Source: Candidatus Poseidoniaceae archaeon (GTDB lineage Archaea > Thermoplasmatota > Poseidoniia > Poseidoniales > Poseidoniaceae). Taken from it: DNA of 32,000 bases. The position numbers and the translations under genes were made by a program. The notes below the pieces were generated by a model that was not told the origin of the DNA, ran no database searches, and worked only from the letters and a program-made list of their open reading frames with translations. This document shows positions 8,752 through 18,446 of this stretch, piece by piece (positions within the stretch are counted from its first letter, which is position 1; each line of letters starts with the position of its first letter). Location: contig CALSTM010000001.1 in NCBI GenBank assembly GCA_943789275.1, positions 480,001-512,000 of the forward strand. The letters run 5' to 3'.

Positions 8752-11033
8752 TCCTCTTCATCCCCATGGAAATCTGCAAGGGTAACTTTAATCCATTTTG
8801 ACGTAGGCGTATTGGAGTCTTTTGCTGTGGAACGAAGTGGTACCAAGATATTGGCTTCGGGGAAGTAAGTTGCGATGTTCTTACGCGGAATTTCATAGGC
8901 GACCAATTGCCACCCATCAGCCGTTCTTGTCTCACCTTCAAAATGGCTGGTAATGGAGACCATTTGGCGGTTTTTCCATCCACGCTCAGCCATGTCCAAA
9001 GCGTTCATCAAAACAATTCGTCGATTCCCGCTGACGCCTCTGTAACGGTCATGAACATCGTAAATTGTGGTGTTGTATTGGTCGTGAGACCGTATTGTCA
9101 TCATGATGAATTGCTCATCATCGATGCGGACATCAGGTAAGTCGTGAGTTGTGAAATGGGCGCGTCCCGATGGCGTGTCAAATGTTCGTGAGTCACGGGG
9201 TGGATTCGGTAACAAGAATCCGTTTTCGAGGCGCACACGCTTGTTGTAGTCTTCAAAACCAGAAAGCGATTTTTCCATTAAATTCCGAATCATGTCATAG
9301 TCTTCGACCATTCCGCTCCAATCAATGGGTGAATTGGTGAAGAGGTGTTGTGAAAGTTGAGCTACGATCCAAGGCTCGCTCCTTAAGTGACTTGACGCAG
9401 GAGGGAGTGATCCGGTCGACCTGTGGACGATTCCCATGGAGTTTTCCACGGAGACGAATTGAGGCCCAGTGCCTTGAACATCCAGTTCGGTGCGGCCCAA
9501 ACACGGTAGTATCAATGCCTTCTTACCGGTCACCAAATGCGAGCGATTGAGTTTGGTGGAGACTTGAACTGTTAAGCCAACCTTACGCAAACCTTCAGCT
9601 GTCGCCATCGTATCTGGTGTAGCAGAAATGAAGTTCCCCCCCATGCAAAAAAAGACGTCGACAGCGCCGTCTCTCATGGCTTGTATTGCGCCCACGACAT
9701 CATAGCCATGTTCACGAGGAATAGAGATGTTGAGTCCCTTTTCCATCCGTTCAATAAACGAAACCGGTGCTGCTTCCCAGATTCCAACGGTTCGGTCACC
9801 TTGAACATTGGAATGCCCGCGAACGGGACAGAACCCTGCCCCAGGCCGACCCACATGACCGCCCATCAAGAGGAGGTTTACGACTTCCTGTATGACTGCA
9901 ACTCCATTTGGCTGCTGTGTAAGACCCATCGCCCAGCATGCAATCGTTGCTTTTGAACGGGCTACAACTTGGCCTACTTCGGAAATAAGTTCACGTGGAA
10001 GGCCTGAATCTCGAACGATGGCATTCCAATCTGTATCGCGAGCTTTTTCCAGCATTGAGTCGAAACCTCCAGTCTGATTTGCGATAAATTTTGAATCAAG
10101 ATGACCCAGTTCATCGTGAATCTTGATGAGGCCTTTGAGTAAAGCAGCATCTCCACCGATTTTAACCGGCAAGTGGAAATCCGAAAGTTGAGTGGATGAA
10201 AGATTCATCTTCATATAATCTTGAGGGTGTTTGAAGCGCTCTAATCCTGCTTCAGGGAGTGGATTGACATGGATGAGAGTAGCGCCCTTTAACTTCGCAT
10301 CCCTTAGTGCAGTGAGCATACGAGGATGATTGGTGCCGGGGTTCTGGCCAATGACGAGAATGACGTCTGCATGATTGAAATCATCGAGATGCACAGTTCC
10401 TTTGCCAATGCCAATTGTTGCACCTAGGCCTTTACCACTTGATTCATGGCACATGTTCGAGCAATCGGGTAAGTTGTTGGTTCCGATGCTTCGCACCATG
10501 GCCTGGTAGAGAAAGGCAGCTTCATTGCTGGTTCGCCCAGATGTGTAGAACACTGAGCGGTTCGGATTCTCAAGTTTGTTCACCTCTCCTGCAATCATTG
10601 AAAAAGCATCATCCCATGTGATCGGAACATAATGAGAACTCCCTTCTTCAAGCACCATCGGATGAGTGATCCTACCTTGCTTGTTGAGCCAGCGGTCACT
10701 TTGCATAGAGAGATATTGAATACTGTGCTTCGAAAAAAACTCTGGGGTCACGCGACGCTTCGTCGCCTCATCAGCAACCGCTTTAGCGCCGTTTTCACAG
10801 AACTCGAACTGTGTTCTGTGCGATGGGTCAGGCCATGCACAACCCGGACAATCAAAACCCTCTTGTTGATTGACCATGGTCAATGTCTTGACGGTGCGAG
10901 AAATGCCCATGTTTTGGAGACCATGCTTGAGGGATGAAGTTACGGCTGGAATTCCGGCTGCCATTTTCTTCTTTTTCTTGATTTTAAGCGGAAGAGTGTC
11001 CGGCGGGGTTTCGGCTCGTGCGTGTTCCCTCAA
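8748..11033 (-). CDS. Molybdopterin oxidoreductase, YdeP / FdhF-like 'oxidoreductase alpha (molybdopterin) subunit' family
   Basis: 'EGFDCPGCAWPDP' N-terminal Fe-S motif characteristic of YdeP-type enzymes. 'CSNMCHESSG' contains the Mo-ligand Cys. Length is ~760 aa. Start is uncertain: the track start 11033 is TTG, and the first ATG is at 10964 ('MAAGIPAV'). Confidence 0.9.
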   Translation of the reverse strand: MREHARAETPPDTLPLKIKKKKKMAAGIPAVTSSLKHGLQNMGISRTVKTLTMVNQQEGFDCPGCAWPDPSHRTQFEFCENGAKAVADEATKRRVTPEFFSKHSIQYLSMQSDRWLNKQGRITHPMVLEEGSSHYVPITWDDAFSMIAGEVNKLENPNRSVFYTSGRTSNEAAFLYQAMVRSIGTNNLPDCSNMCHESSGKGLGATIGIGKGTVHLDDFNHADVILVIGQNPGTNHPRMLTALRDAKLKGATLIHVNPLPEAGLERFKHPQDYMKMNLSSTQLSDFHLPVKIGGDAALLKGLIKIHDELGHLDSKFIANQTGGFDSMLEKARDTDWNAIVRDSGLPRELISEVGQVVARSKATIACWAMGLTQQPNGVAVIQEVVNLLLMGGHVGRPGAGFCPVRGHSNVQGDRTVGIWEAAPVSFIERMEKGLNISIPREHGYDVVGAIQAMRDGAVDVFFCMGGNFISATPDTMATAEGLRKVGLTVQVSTKLNRSHLVTGKKALILPCLGRTELDVQGTGPQFVSVENSMGIVHRSTGSLPPASSHLRSEPWIVAQLSQHLFTNSPIDWSGMVEDYDMIRNLMEKSLSGFEDYNKRVRLENGFLLPNPPRDSRTFDTPSGRAHFTTHDLPDVRIDDEQFIMMTIRSHDQYNTTIYDVHDRYRGVSGNRRIVLMNALDMAERGWKNRQMVSITSHFEGETRTADGWQLVAYEIPRKNIATYFPEANILVPLRSTAKDSNTPTSKWIKVTLADFHGDEEE

Positions 11034-11060
11034 ATGCCCACCAAGCCGTTCTGAGCGCAG

Positions 11061-11078
11061 GGGTTTTCAAGGGTTTTC
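11061..11078. repeat. Perfect 8-nt direct repeat GGGTTTTC x2 with 10-nt period (minus-strand GAAAACCC-tt-GAAAACCC) in the fdhD/molybdoenzyme intergenic spacer
   Basis: Read directly: gGGGTTTTCaaGGGTTTTCgt at 11061-11068 and 11071-11078. The function is unknown. Confidence 0.5.
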
Positions 11079-11086
11079 GTCACACA

Positions 11087-11854
11087 TCATTGTAATACGC
11101 CGATTCCAACGCTCGATTCAGTTTTCATAAACGAGAATATTCGCATGCCGAGATGTCGAGCAGTATCTGCTGCGAGCGTAGAACACGCCCCAATACAGAA
11201 TATTGTCCCAATACCTGAACGTGAGGCTTTGGCAACGAGATCCCACCCACATCGCCCAGAGAGAAGTAAAAATTGATGTGAAAGGTTGGTGTTTTGAATC
11301 AATGCAAAACCAATAGCTTTGTCGACAGCATTGTGCCGACCTATATCTTCGGCGACACAATGTAAGCCTATCGATTCACTCCATAAAGCAGCGGCGTGCA
11401 TCCCACCGGTTTCACGGAATCCATCTTGGTGCTTTTTCATATCTAAAAATGCGCTAAAAATCAGATGATGGTCGTATTGTGGGTGTTGTTCAGTAAACGG
11501 TTCCAGTGAGTCAATCAGTTCCGCGAGTCCGTCTGCCTCGCATGCGCCACAGGACGAAGTAATAATTCGTTCATTTGACGGCCGCGGGAGAATTTCCTCA
11601 CCAATTTGGGCTTGTACTGATCCAGAAGAATGCGTATGGACTTTCACTTCCGAATGTCGGATGTCTCCATAACCTTCAGAATAAGCATGCCCAACAAATA
11701 ATTCTCGAAGATTGGTTGGGGTTCCAAGTAGTCTTGAAATTGGTTTGGATTGAGAGGTGAGCTCAATAAGACATTCAACTGCCAATGCATCTTCTTGGAT
11801 TCGAAGTTTACCGTCGATGAGTCTGTGGATTCCAACACGACGGCTGCGGGCCAT
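11087..11854 (-). CDS. fdhD: FdhD-type sulfurtransferase (formate dehydrogenase family accessory protein)
   Basis: 'SSCGACE' active-site loop, 'ETGGMHAAAL', 'EDIGRHNAVDKAIG'. It lies directly upstream of the YdeP-like molybdoenzyme. Confidence 0.9.
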   Translation of the reverse strand: MARSRRVGIHRLIDGKLRIQEDALAVECLIELTSQSKPISRLLGTPTNLRELFVGHAYSEGYGDIRHSEVKVHTHSSGSVQAQIGEEILPRPSNERIITSSCGACEADGLAELIDSLEPFTEQHPQYDHHLIFSAFLDMKKHQDGFRETGGMHAAALWSESIGLHCVAEDIGRHNAVDKAIGFALIQNTNLSHQFLLLSGRCGWDLVAKASRSGIGTIFCIGACSTLAADTARHLGMRIFSFMKTESSVGIGVLQ

Positions 11855-11870
11855 GAATGTCTATTCGTAC

Positions 11871-12440
11871 TCAACTTGAAGTCTCTTCGGGTCGTTCAAT
11901 ATCAAAGAATTCGAATTGAAGTTCGACAAGTTCTGCGCTTGATTGGGCCGCAGCGTATGCTTCAAGTGGTTCCTTGTTCAATTCAAAAAAACGTTCACCC
12001 CATCGGAAAGCACCCAATACTTCACGGGCTTGGTTTTCTCTACCGATGAGGTACAGTACCGTAGCAAGTGCTTCAGCTGTTGTTAATCTACCGGGTTTAC
12101 CCCAATTAACGGGATTTGCGGCAAGCAAGAGGGGGAGCATGCGCGGTTGGAGACGCGTTCTACGCATAACCTGTGCAACACTGTCTTCGATATGGGCCCA
12201 ACTGCAATCCAGTCCAACAAGCGAGCCACCATTGATGAGGAGTTGATGATCTTCAGGGCCGAACACCTTACCGCAGAGAGGTTCGAGAATTATGCCTCTT
12301 TTTGGCAGCGAGTTCACACGTTTGTGTAACTTCATATTACCACGCTTAGAGGCAAGTACCGCAGTGTTCTTTTTTGGGTCATCTTGGGCCAACCAAACCG
12401 CATGAACAGATATTTCCGGCACCGAATCACCTGAGGTCAT
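11871..12440 (-). CDS. tsr3: 16S rRNA aminocarboxypropyltransferase Tsr3
   Basis: 'GLDCSWA', 'LPLLLAANPVNWGKPGRLTTAEALATVLYLIG', 'FRWGERFFELN'. ATG 12440 is preferred over the TTG at 12455. It overlaps the 3' end of mbf1 by 14 nt. Confidence 0.85.
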   Translation of the reverse strand: MTSGDSVPEISVHAVWLAQDDPKKNTAVLASKRGNMKLHKRVNSLPKRGIILEPLCGKVFGPEDHQLLINGGSLVGLDCSWAHIEDSVAQVMRRTRLQPRMLPLLLAANPVNWGKPGRLTTAEALATVLYLIGRENQAREVLGAFRWGERFFELNKEPLEAYAAAQSSAELVELQFEFFDIERPEETSS

Positions 12441-12930
12441 CGAGGTAATCACCAAGCGTCATGCCACGTGAACTTGAGTTGTCCACACGTTGAGTATTTT
12501 TTGAGGTTGGAGCCTCAAATAATGAGATGGATAAAACCCGTTCAAACTTACGCAGAACGGAGTCAGTAGGACGTTTGCCGCTTTCTGTAGATTTCACAAT
12601 GTTCACCGTTTCAGCCATTCGCTTCCCAAGAGTTGGCTGATTCCAACCCTTTGCTTTTCGTGCTTTCATGATACGCTGAGCAAAATCATCGACCAATTCT
12701 TTTTCTGCCTTGAGCATGATGTCTTTACCTTTCTTGCCCTTTGCAGCATAAGCAGTTTGGTGTGCAGGTCGAGCGTGCATACTTTGTGCTCGGGCAAGAC
12801 CGGGGGCAGTCTCTTTCGGGCCAAGATTCATCTTTTCAGTACAACGGGCACATGCAGCAACCTCTGCCTTGCCCATTTTGACGTGTCGGACTCCAACTTT
12901 CATTGCTCCACATAACTCACAGTCTGCCAT
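12427..12930 (-). CDS. mbf1: Archaeal multiprotein-bridging factor 1 (zinc ribbon + HTH_3)
   Basis: From ATG 12930: 'MADCELCG...CARC' zinc ribbon, an XRE-type HTH ('GWNQPTLGKRMAETVNIVKSTESGKRPT...KFERVLSISL') and the C-terminal 'TLGDYL' motif. The track's 226-aa version adds 59 non-conserved residues and would invade the pan promoter region. Confidence 0.85.
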   Translation of the reverse strand: MADCELCGAMKVGVRHVKMGKAEVAACARCTEKMNLGPKETAPGLARAQSMHARPAHQTAYAAKGKKGKDIMLKAEKELVDDFAQRIMKARKAKGWNQPTLGKRMAETVNIVKSTESGKRPTDSVLRKFERVLSISLFEAPTSKNTQRVDNSSSRGMTLGDYLDDLR

Positions 12931-13045
12931 GTACTCACCCAATTGATGGTTGTGTTGACTGTCTTTGAAGGCTTCGGAACATATCGAAGCAATACAATGA
13001 AGCGACGACTTAACAAACTGTAGCCACGAGGAAGGTTTGAGTCCT

Positions 13046-14266
13046 ATGAGTTCAGAGGTAGAAAAAAGCGGCACTCCTCGTACATCGCAATCCGATGATG
13101 ACCTCACTCTTCTCGAAGAGGATTATCAAAAGTTACTCGAGGATTCACAAAATCTCATCAACGAACGTTCGTATCTTGAAACAGAGATTCGGACGCTCAA
13201 AAAACGAGCAACACGTCTTGATGATGAAGTGCGCTTGCTCAAAACTCCACCACTGATTATCGGGCATCTACAAGATGTTCTGGATGAAAGAACCGCCATT
13301 GTTCGCTCGTCAAATGGAACCGTGTTCCAAGTCGCATTGAACCAACGACTTGAGCCAAAGAAACTCAAGCCAGGAACGCGTGTGGCACTCAACCAAGATA
13401 CGCTTGCGGTCATTGAAGTCCTCCACGAAGCATGGGACCCAATGGTGAGCGGTGCTGAAATGGTCGACAAACCGGACATCACATACGACTCTGTTGCGGG
13501 ACTTGACGAGCAAATTACAACGGTGAGGGAAGCAATTGAACTCCCCTTATTGGAACCGGAATTGTTTGAGAAGGTAGGAATTATACCTCCGAAGGGAATT
13601 TTACTCGTTGGCCCACCTGGATGTGGAAAGACCCTCCTCGCCAAGGCCGTAGCAAATCAAACAGATGCTACATTCATACGCATGGTCGGAAGTGAACTTG
13701 CGCAGAAATACATCGGTGAAGGTGGCAGGATGGTAAGGGAACTGTTCTCACTGGCTAAAGAAAAGTCACCGTCGATCATATTCTTGGATGAAATTGATGC
13801 AATCGGTGCCAAGCGCTTGGATGGTTCAACCAGTGGTGACCGTGAAGTTCAGCGAACACTCATGCAACTCCTCGCTGAACTCGATGGTTTTGATGCACTT
13901 GAGGATGTAAAAATTATCGCAGCTACAAACCGTCCAGACATACTCGATGACGCATTAATGCGCCCGGGTAGATTTGATCGAATCGTTACGATTCCACTGC
14001 CTGACCCTAAGGGTCGTCAAGCCATGCTCAAACTCCATACATCGAAAATGTCCACTTCACGATTGCAGATGAAGACCTTGGTTGAAAAAACTGAAGGGTT
14101 TTCTGGTGCAGAAATCAAGGCCACGTGTGTTGAAGCAGGCATGATTGCCATTCGTGACAAGAGGAATAAAATCTCCCAAAGCGATATGATGTCTGCCGTC
14201 GAACGGATTTTGCTCAAGAAATCAACAAGTGGCATCACTTCATCTCCAGATGCCCTTTACGGATGA
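13046..14266 (+). CDS. pan: Proteasome-activating nucleotidase (AAA+ ATPase)
   Basis: N-terminal coiled coil and an OB region. Walker A 'GPPGCGKT', Walker B 'IIFLDEIDA', 'ATNRPDILDDALMRPGRFDR'. C-terminal HbYX-type 'LYG'. ATG 13046 follows a GAGGAAGG SD-like motif; track start 13037 is TTG. Confidence 0.95.
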   Translation: MSSEVEKSGTPRTSQSDDDLTLLEEDYQKLLEDSQNLINERSYLETEIRTLKKRATRLDDEVRLLKTPPLIIGHLQDVLDERTAIVRSSNGTVFQVALNQRLEPKKLKPGTRVALNQDTLAVIEVLHEAWDPMVSGAEMVDKPDITYDSVAGLDEQITTVREAIELPLLEPELFEKVGIIPPKGILLVGPPGCGKTLLAKAVANQTDATFIRMVGSELAQKYIGEGGRMVRELFSLAKEKSPSIIFLDEIDAIGAKRLDGSTSGDREVQRTLMQLLAELDGFDALEDVKIIAATNRPDILDDALMRPGRFDRIVTIPLPDPKGRQAMLKLHTSKMSTSRLQMKTLVEKTEGFSGAEIKATCVEAGMIAIRDKRNKISQSDMMSAVERILLKKSTSGITSSPDALYG

Positions 14267-14320
14267 TTATCGTAAAACCTAGCGTTAACATTCAAAGTCC
14301 GTCGATGCAGGCAAGCATCT

Positions 14321-15367
14321 ATGGAATCCATCATTGAGTGCGTACCGAATATATCTGAAGGGAGAGATCTCGAGAAGATCGAACGCATCACATCGTCGAT
14401 TCGACATATATCTGGTTGTGCAGTATTGGGGATAGAACCGGATGCAGATTACAACCGGACAGTCATTACAATTGCAGGAAATCCAGAATCCGTCGAAAGG
14501 GCGGCATTCACACTTCTTCAAAAGGCAATAGAAGAAATCGACATGACAACACATGAAGGTGAGCATCCCCGCCTCGGGGCTGTCGATGTCTGCCCATTTG
14601 TGCCGTTACGTGGCGTGTCGATGGAAGAATGTTCGAACATAGCAAAGCGACTTGCAGTACAGGTTGCCGAAGAATGCTCGGTACCAACATTCCTCTACGG
14701 ATATGCTGCACTCCATGAGGACAAAACATTACTTTCAGCCATTCGAAAAGGACAGTATGAAGGATTGGAATCGCGGCTCTCGAACGGTGACACAGAACAT
14801 CATGAATCAACAAGGTTGCCCGATTTTGGACCAAGTCAATGGAACGACAAAGTTGCCCGTTCAGGTGGGATTACCATCGGTTCCCGCGATATCCTGGTCG
14901 CCTACAACGTTAACATCGATGAAAAGGATGCACTTGTTTCCAAAAAGATAGGTTCGTTGGTTCGCAGTTCCGGGCGACTCATCAAACAAAAGGACGGCAG
15001 AAGAATGCGCGTACCGGGTATGTTGACTTTGGTTCAAGGCATGGGAGTCACACTCGAATCACATGGCATCAGTCAGGTGTCAATGAACCTCCGAGATGTA
15101 CGCCAATGTCCTATGCATGTGGCCTATGAAGCATGTAAAACCTTGGCCGAAGATCATGGACTTCAGGCACCCGGCAGTGAATTGGTCGGTTTAGTACCAC
15201 TCGAAGCAATGCTTGATTCAGGCCGTTGGTATGCACTCGAAGGCGAAACTGATGAGGAAATATTGGTTGCGGCAGCCATCAATGGCTTGGGTTTGAGTCA
15301 ACTTGAAGAATTCGTTCCCACCGAGCGTATCATTGAGTGGGCAGTATCGAAGGCGGTGGAACAATGA
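14321..15367 (+). CDS. Glutamate formimidoyltransferase (FT domain of FTCD)
   Basis: The N-terminal 'IECVPNISEGRD' signature and 'HPRLGAVDVCPFVP' are both typical of formiminotransferase. Length ~350 aa covers both FT subdomains. Confidence 0.9.
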   Translation: MESIIECVPNISEGRDLEKIERITSSIRHISGCAVLGIEPDADYNRTVITIAGNPESVERAAFTLLQKAIEEIDMTTHEGEHPRLGAVDVCPFVPLRGVSMEECSNIAKRLAVQVAEECSVPTFLYGYAALHEDKTLLSAIRKGQYEGLESRLSNGDTEHHESTRLPDFGPSQWNDKVARSGGITIGSRDILVAYNVNIDEKDALVSKKIGSLVRSSGRLIKQKDGRRMRVPGMLTLVQGMGVTLESHGISQVSMNLRDVRQCPMHVAYEACKTLAEDHGLQAPGSELVGLVPLEAMLDSGRWYALEGETDEEILVAAAINGLGLSQLEEFVPTERIIEWAVSKAVEQ

Positions 15368-15993
15368 AATGGATGGACATGAGCCTTCAACAGTTCCAAG
15401 ATGCACTCGCTTCCAATGACCCCACTCCCGGAGGTGGTACTGCTGCTGCGGTAGCACTGGGCCAAGCATCTGCATTGACTCGGATGGTTGTTCAACTTAC
15501 GCTTGGAAAAGAGAAGTGGCAAGAGGGTTGGAAAGCGGCTGAGGCGGCTGAAATTGTGATTGGAAATGTGTATCAACGTGCTGGCGAATTGGCACAACTG
15601 GATAGCGATGCCTTTGATGGAGTTATGAATGCGTTTCGAATGTCGAAAACTTCTGATGAGGAGATAAAGAGGCGTAAAGAGAGCATTCGTTCGAACACCC
15701 TCAATGCAGCCAAAGTACCCTATGAAACTGTACTTTTAGGAATGGAATTGTTGTCGTGCCAAGCAGCACTGGCCAAACACGGTAATGCCAATGCAGTTTC
15801 TGATATCGGCGTCGCTTCCTTATTGGCAAGCGCGGCGGTAAAAGGTGCACTTTTCAATGTCGAGATAAACCTTCAATCCTTGCCGGCAGACATGGGTGTG
15901 GAAATGCGTGAGCAGTGTTCACACATCCGTTCCAAATGCAGCGAAGTGTCACGAGAAATCATGCACGCCGTACATGATCGAATGTCGGCGTAA
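15364..15993 (+). CDS. Formimidoyltetrahydrofolate cyclodeaminase (CD domain of FTCD)
   Basis: 'LASNDPTPGGGTAAAVALG' signature and an all-helical ~200 aa protein. ATG 15364 overlaps the FT stop (ATGA), so I prefer it over the track start at 15337. Confidence 0.85.
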   Translation: MKWMDMSLQQFQDALASNDPTPGGGTAAAVALGQASALTRMVVQLTLGKEKWQEGWKAAEAAEIVIGNVYQRAGELAQLDSDAFDGVMNAFRMSKTSDEEIKRRKESIRSNTLNAAKVPYETVLLGMELLSCQAALAKHGNANAVSDIGVASLLASAAVKGALFNVEINLQSLPADMGVEMREQCSHIRSKCSEVSREIMHAVHDRMSA

Positions 15994-18285
15994 TCAACGA
16001 ACTTGTGAACCTGTAGTGATGTCTCCATCTGTCGTAATGAGACGAACATTACCCTCACCATCATCCGCAGCAAGCATCATGCCTTCGGAAGTGACACCTC
16101 GGAGAGGTCGCGGTTTCAGGTTGGCAACAAAAACTACGTTTTTTCCAACCATTTCCTCTGGTTTGTAGAATTCTTTGAGCCCAGCGCAAATCGTGCGTCC
16201 ATTCTCAGTACCATCGTCAAGATTAACAACGTACAGTCGGTCTGCATTCGGATGATCTTCAACAGTCGAAATCTTTCCTATACGAAGGTCGACTTCCATG
16301 AATGTTTCAAAATTTAGGTATGTTGTTCCTTCTGGTGCTTCGGTCATATCGTTCGTCTCCACTTTGGGTTTTTTCTTCGATTTTTTACCACCTTTAACGC
16401 CGTGGCTGGGCTGTTCTGTTGCTTGATTTGAATCCGCAAGAGATTGTTCTGATGCAAGAATCTCTTCCAAGTCGAGCCGCTTAAACAACGGCTCAGGTGT
16501 TGAATTATTCCATGAAAGGGGTGCATTCCAGTCAATCGCTGAATCCCAATGGACTTCGGAAACATCTCCGTCTTGGCCGAGTGCTTTCCAAAGTTTCGAA
16601 GAACTGAACGGCAAAAACGGCTGCATCACGATTGCTAAAAACCGGGAAACTCTCCATCCAAAAGCCAAGCGTGACAAAGAAATATTTCTCGATTCAATGT
16701 ATTCCTCGTCATCTTGAACTTTCAAAAACTTCCAAGGAGTTGCAGATTGAAGCATTTGATTTCCAGTCTGTGCGGCGTTCATTGCGAGCCTCAAAGCTTC
16801 TTTGAAACGATGTCGGGTGAGTGATTCAGTAATTTCAGCATGGATCGACTCTAATTTCTCTTGCACATCACGAGTAAGTGAAAGGTCATCGTAGGGTGCG
16901 AATGGTCCGTTCGGAGTTGATTCAAGACGTGCACCCAATGTCAAAACTCTGTGAACGAAATTACCGTAAGCAGCAATTAACTCACTGTTGATTTTTTCAA
17001 CGAAATCAGGCCAATTGAAGTCCGTGTCATGGTTTTCAGGCATGTTGATGCCAAGATAGTACCGTAGAGTGTCTGGATCAAACCGTTCGAGGAAAGAGGG
17101 CAGCCAAACTGCATGCTTCCTTGATTTTGAAAATTGACCGCCTCCAAGCATGAGGTATTCCATGGCAGGAACATTCGATTCCAGAGCCAAGTCACCCGGC
17201 CCAGGGAGTTCGACAGCGTCGGCGATGGTTTTTCCATTCGCAGCATGGTTGAGACCCATGATAAGCGCTGGCCATATGACTGTGTGAAACGGTATGTTGT
17301 CTTTACCAAGGAAATACAGATGCCTTGGGGCTGTACCTTTTTCATCGACACACCACCATTTCTTCCATGCATCAGCACCCAACTCGTGGTTCGATGTGGC
17401 ATAATCTTGAGCCCAAATGCGAGCACAAGTGGAGTATCCCTGAACGGCTTCAAACCAAACGTAAACGCACTTCCCATCCCATTGTGCCTCGTCCAAGGGG
17501 AGCGGAATCCCCCACGACAAATCTCGGGTCACTGCACGTGGACGAAGGCCCATGTCAAGCCATTGTTTGGTCATGGCGCGAACATTTGATTTCCACGATG
17601 AATGCTGTTGCAATGCATGCTGCTCAAGAACGTCTTGAAAGAGGTCAAGACGATAGAACATGTGGTCGGTATCTCGGATCTCAATCTTAGCATCTGGATT
17701 CATTTTCGAAACTGGATTGAGCAGTTCAATGGCTTCGTAAGTGGCTCCACACGAATCGCATTGGTCGCCTCGTGCACCGTCTTCATTGCATGATGGGCAT
17801 GTGCCTTCGACGTAGCGGTCAGGCAAAAACCGTCCACCTGATGAGCCATCAACGTTGTTCTCATAGAATTGTTTCATCGTTTTGGTCTCAAACAAACCTG
17901 CTTCCATGAGTTGAATAAAATTATCTTGAACCATTTGTTTATGACGAGGATCAGAAGTCCTGTTGAACAGTGCACCGCCGTATTCAATCCCTCTCGAATC
18001 GACACGAGGCTCCCATGAACAACCAAGATCCAGTAACGCTTTGGAATTGATTGCATGGTAGGTATCTACCACATCTTGAGGCGTTATTCCATTTTGCTCT
18101 GCAGTTACCGTAATCGGTGTACCGTGCTCATCCGAACCGGACACCATCAAGACCCGATTACCTCGGGCACGTTCAAACCTGGACTGGATATCCGGAGGAA
18201 GATAGCATCCTGCAACGTGGCCCAAGTGAAGGGGGCCGTTTGCGTACGGCCAAGCGACACAAATGAGTACGTGTTCACCAGACAT
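15994..18285 (-). CDS. metG: Methionyl-tRNA synthetase with C-terminal Trbp111/EMAPII-like tRNA-binding domain
   Basis: HIGH motif 'PLHLGH' and KMSKS variant 'QFSKSRKH'. Zinc knuckle 'CPSCNEDGARGDQCDSCG'. C-terminal 'LRIGKISTVEDHPNADRLYVVNLDDG'. Start chosen at ATG 18285 ('MSGEHVLICVAWPYANG'), preceded by a GAGGGG motif; in-frame ATGs at 18297 and 18315 are possible. Confidence 0.95.
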   Translation of the reverse strand: MSGEHVLICVAWPYANGPLHLGHVAGCYLPPDIQSRFERARGNRVLMVSGSDEHGTPITVTAEQNGITPQDVVDTYHAINSKALLDLGCSWEPRVDSRGIEYGGALFNRTSDPRHKQMVQDNFIQLMEAGLFETKTMKQFYENNVDGSSGGRFLPDRYVEGTCPSCNEDGARGDQCDSCGATYEAIELLNPVSKMNPDAKIEIRDTDHMFYRLDLFQDVLEQHALQQHSSWKSNVRAMTKQWLDMGLRPRAVTRDLSWGIPLPLDEAQWDGKCVYVWFEAVQGYSTCARIWAQDYATSNHELGADAWKKWWCVDEKGTAPRHLYFLGKDNIPFHTVIWPALIMGLNHAANGKTIADAVELPGPGDLALESNVPAMEYLMLGGGQFSKSRKHAVWLPSFLERFDPDTLRYYLGINMPENHDTDFNWPDFVEKINSELIAAYGNFVHRVLTLGARLESTPNGPFAPYDDLSLTRDVQEKLESIHAEITESLTRHRFKEALRLAMNAAQTGNQMLQSATPWKFLKVQDDEEYIESRNISLSRLAFGWRVSRFLAIVMQPFLPFSSSKLWKALGQDGDVSEVHWDSAIDWNAPLSWNNSTPEPLFKRLDLEEILASEQSLADSNQATEQPSHGVKGGKKSKKKPKVETNDMTEAPEGTTYLNFETFMEVDLRIGKISTVEDHPNADRLYVVNLDDGTENGRTICAGLKEFYKPEEMVGKNVVFVANLKPRPLRGVTSEGMMLAADDGEGNVRLITTDGDITTGSQVR

Positions 18286-18446
18286 AAGGCCCCTCATTTC
18301 AACGGAACAACACATTGCTCTTGACTTTCACCCTTGTCAATCCTCAAAGAGTTGAATCTTGAGTTGTGTCAAACATGTTCATGGTACATTTGAATAACCC
18401 CTTGCTTCTGCTTGAGATAGGCACCCGCTAGGAGCACAGACCCCAC

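Noticed and set aside
8748-11033. Possible selenocysteine (UGA recoding) in the formate-dehydrogenase-like molybdoenzyme
   Set aside because: The ORF is uninterrupted and the Mo-ligand position reads Cys ('SNMCHESS'). No in-frame TGA or SECIS-like requirement is evident.
12931-13107. 59-aa N-terminal extension of MBF1 given by the ORF track
   Set aside because: The extension precedes the conserved 'MADCELCG' zinc-ribbon start and has no conserved features. It would also overlap the divergent pan gene start, so ATG 12930 is preferred.
13126-13644. 172-aa minus-strand ORF inside pan
   Set aside because: It is antisense to a full-length, motif-complete AAA+ ATPase gene and is Ser/Arg-rich, so it is a shadow ORF.
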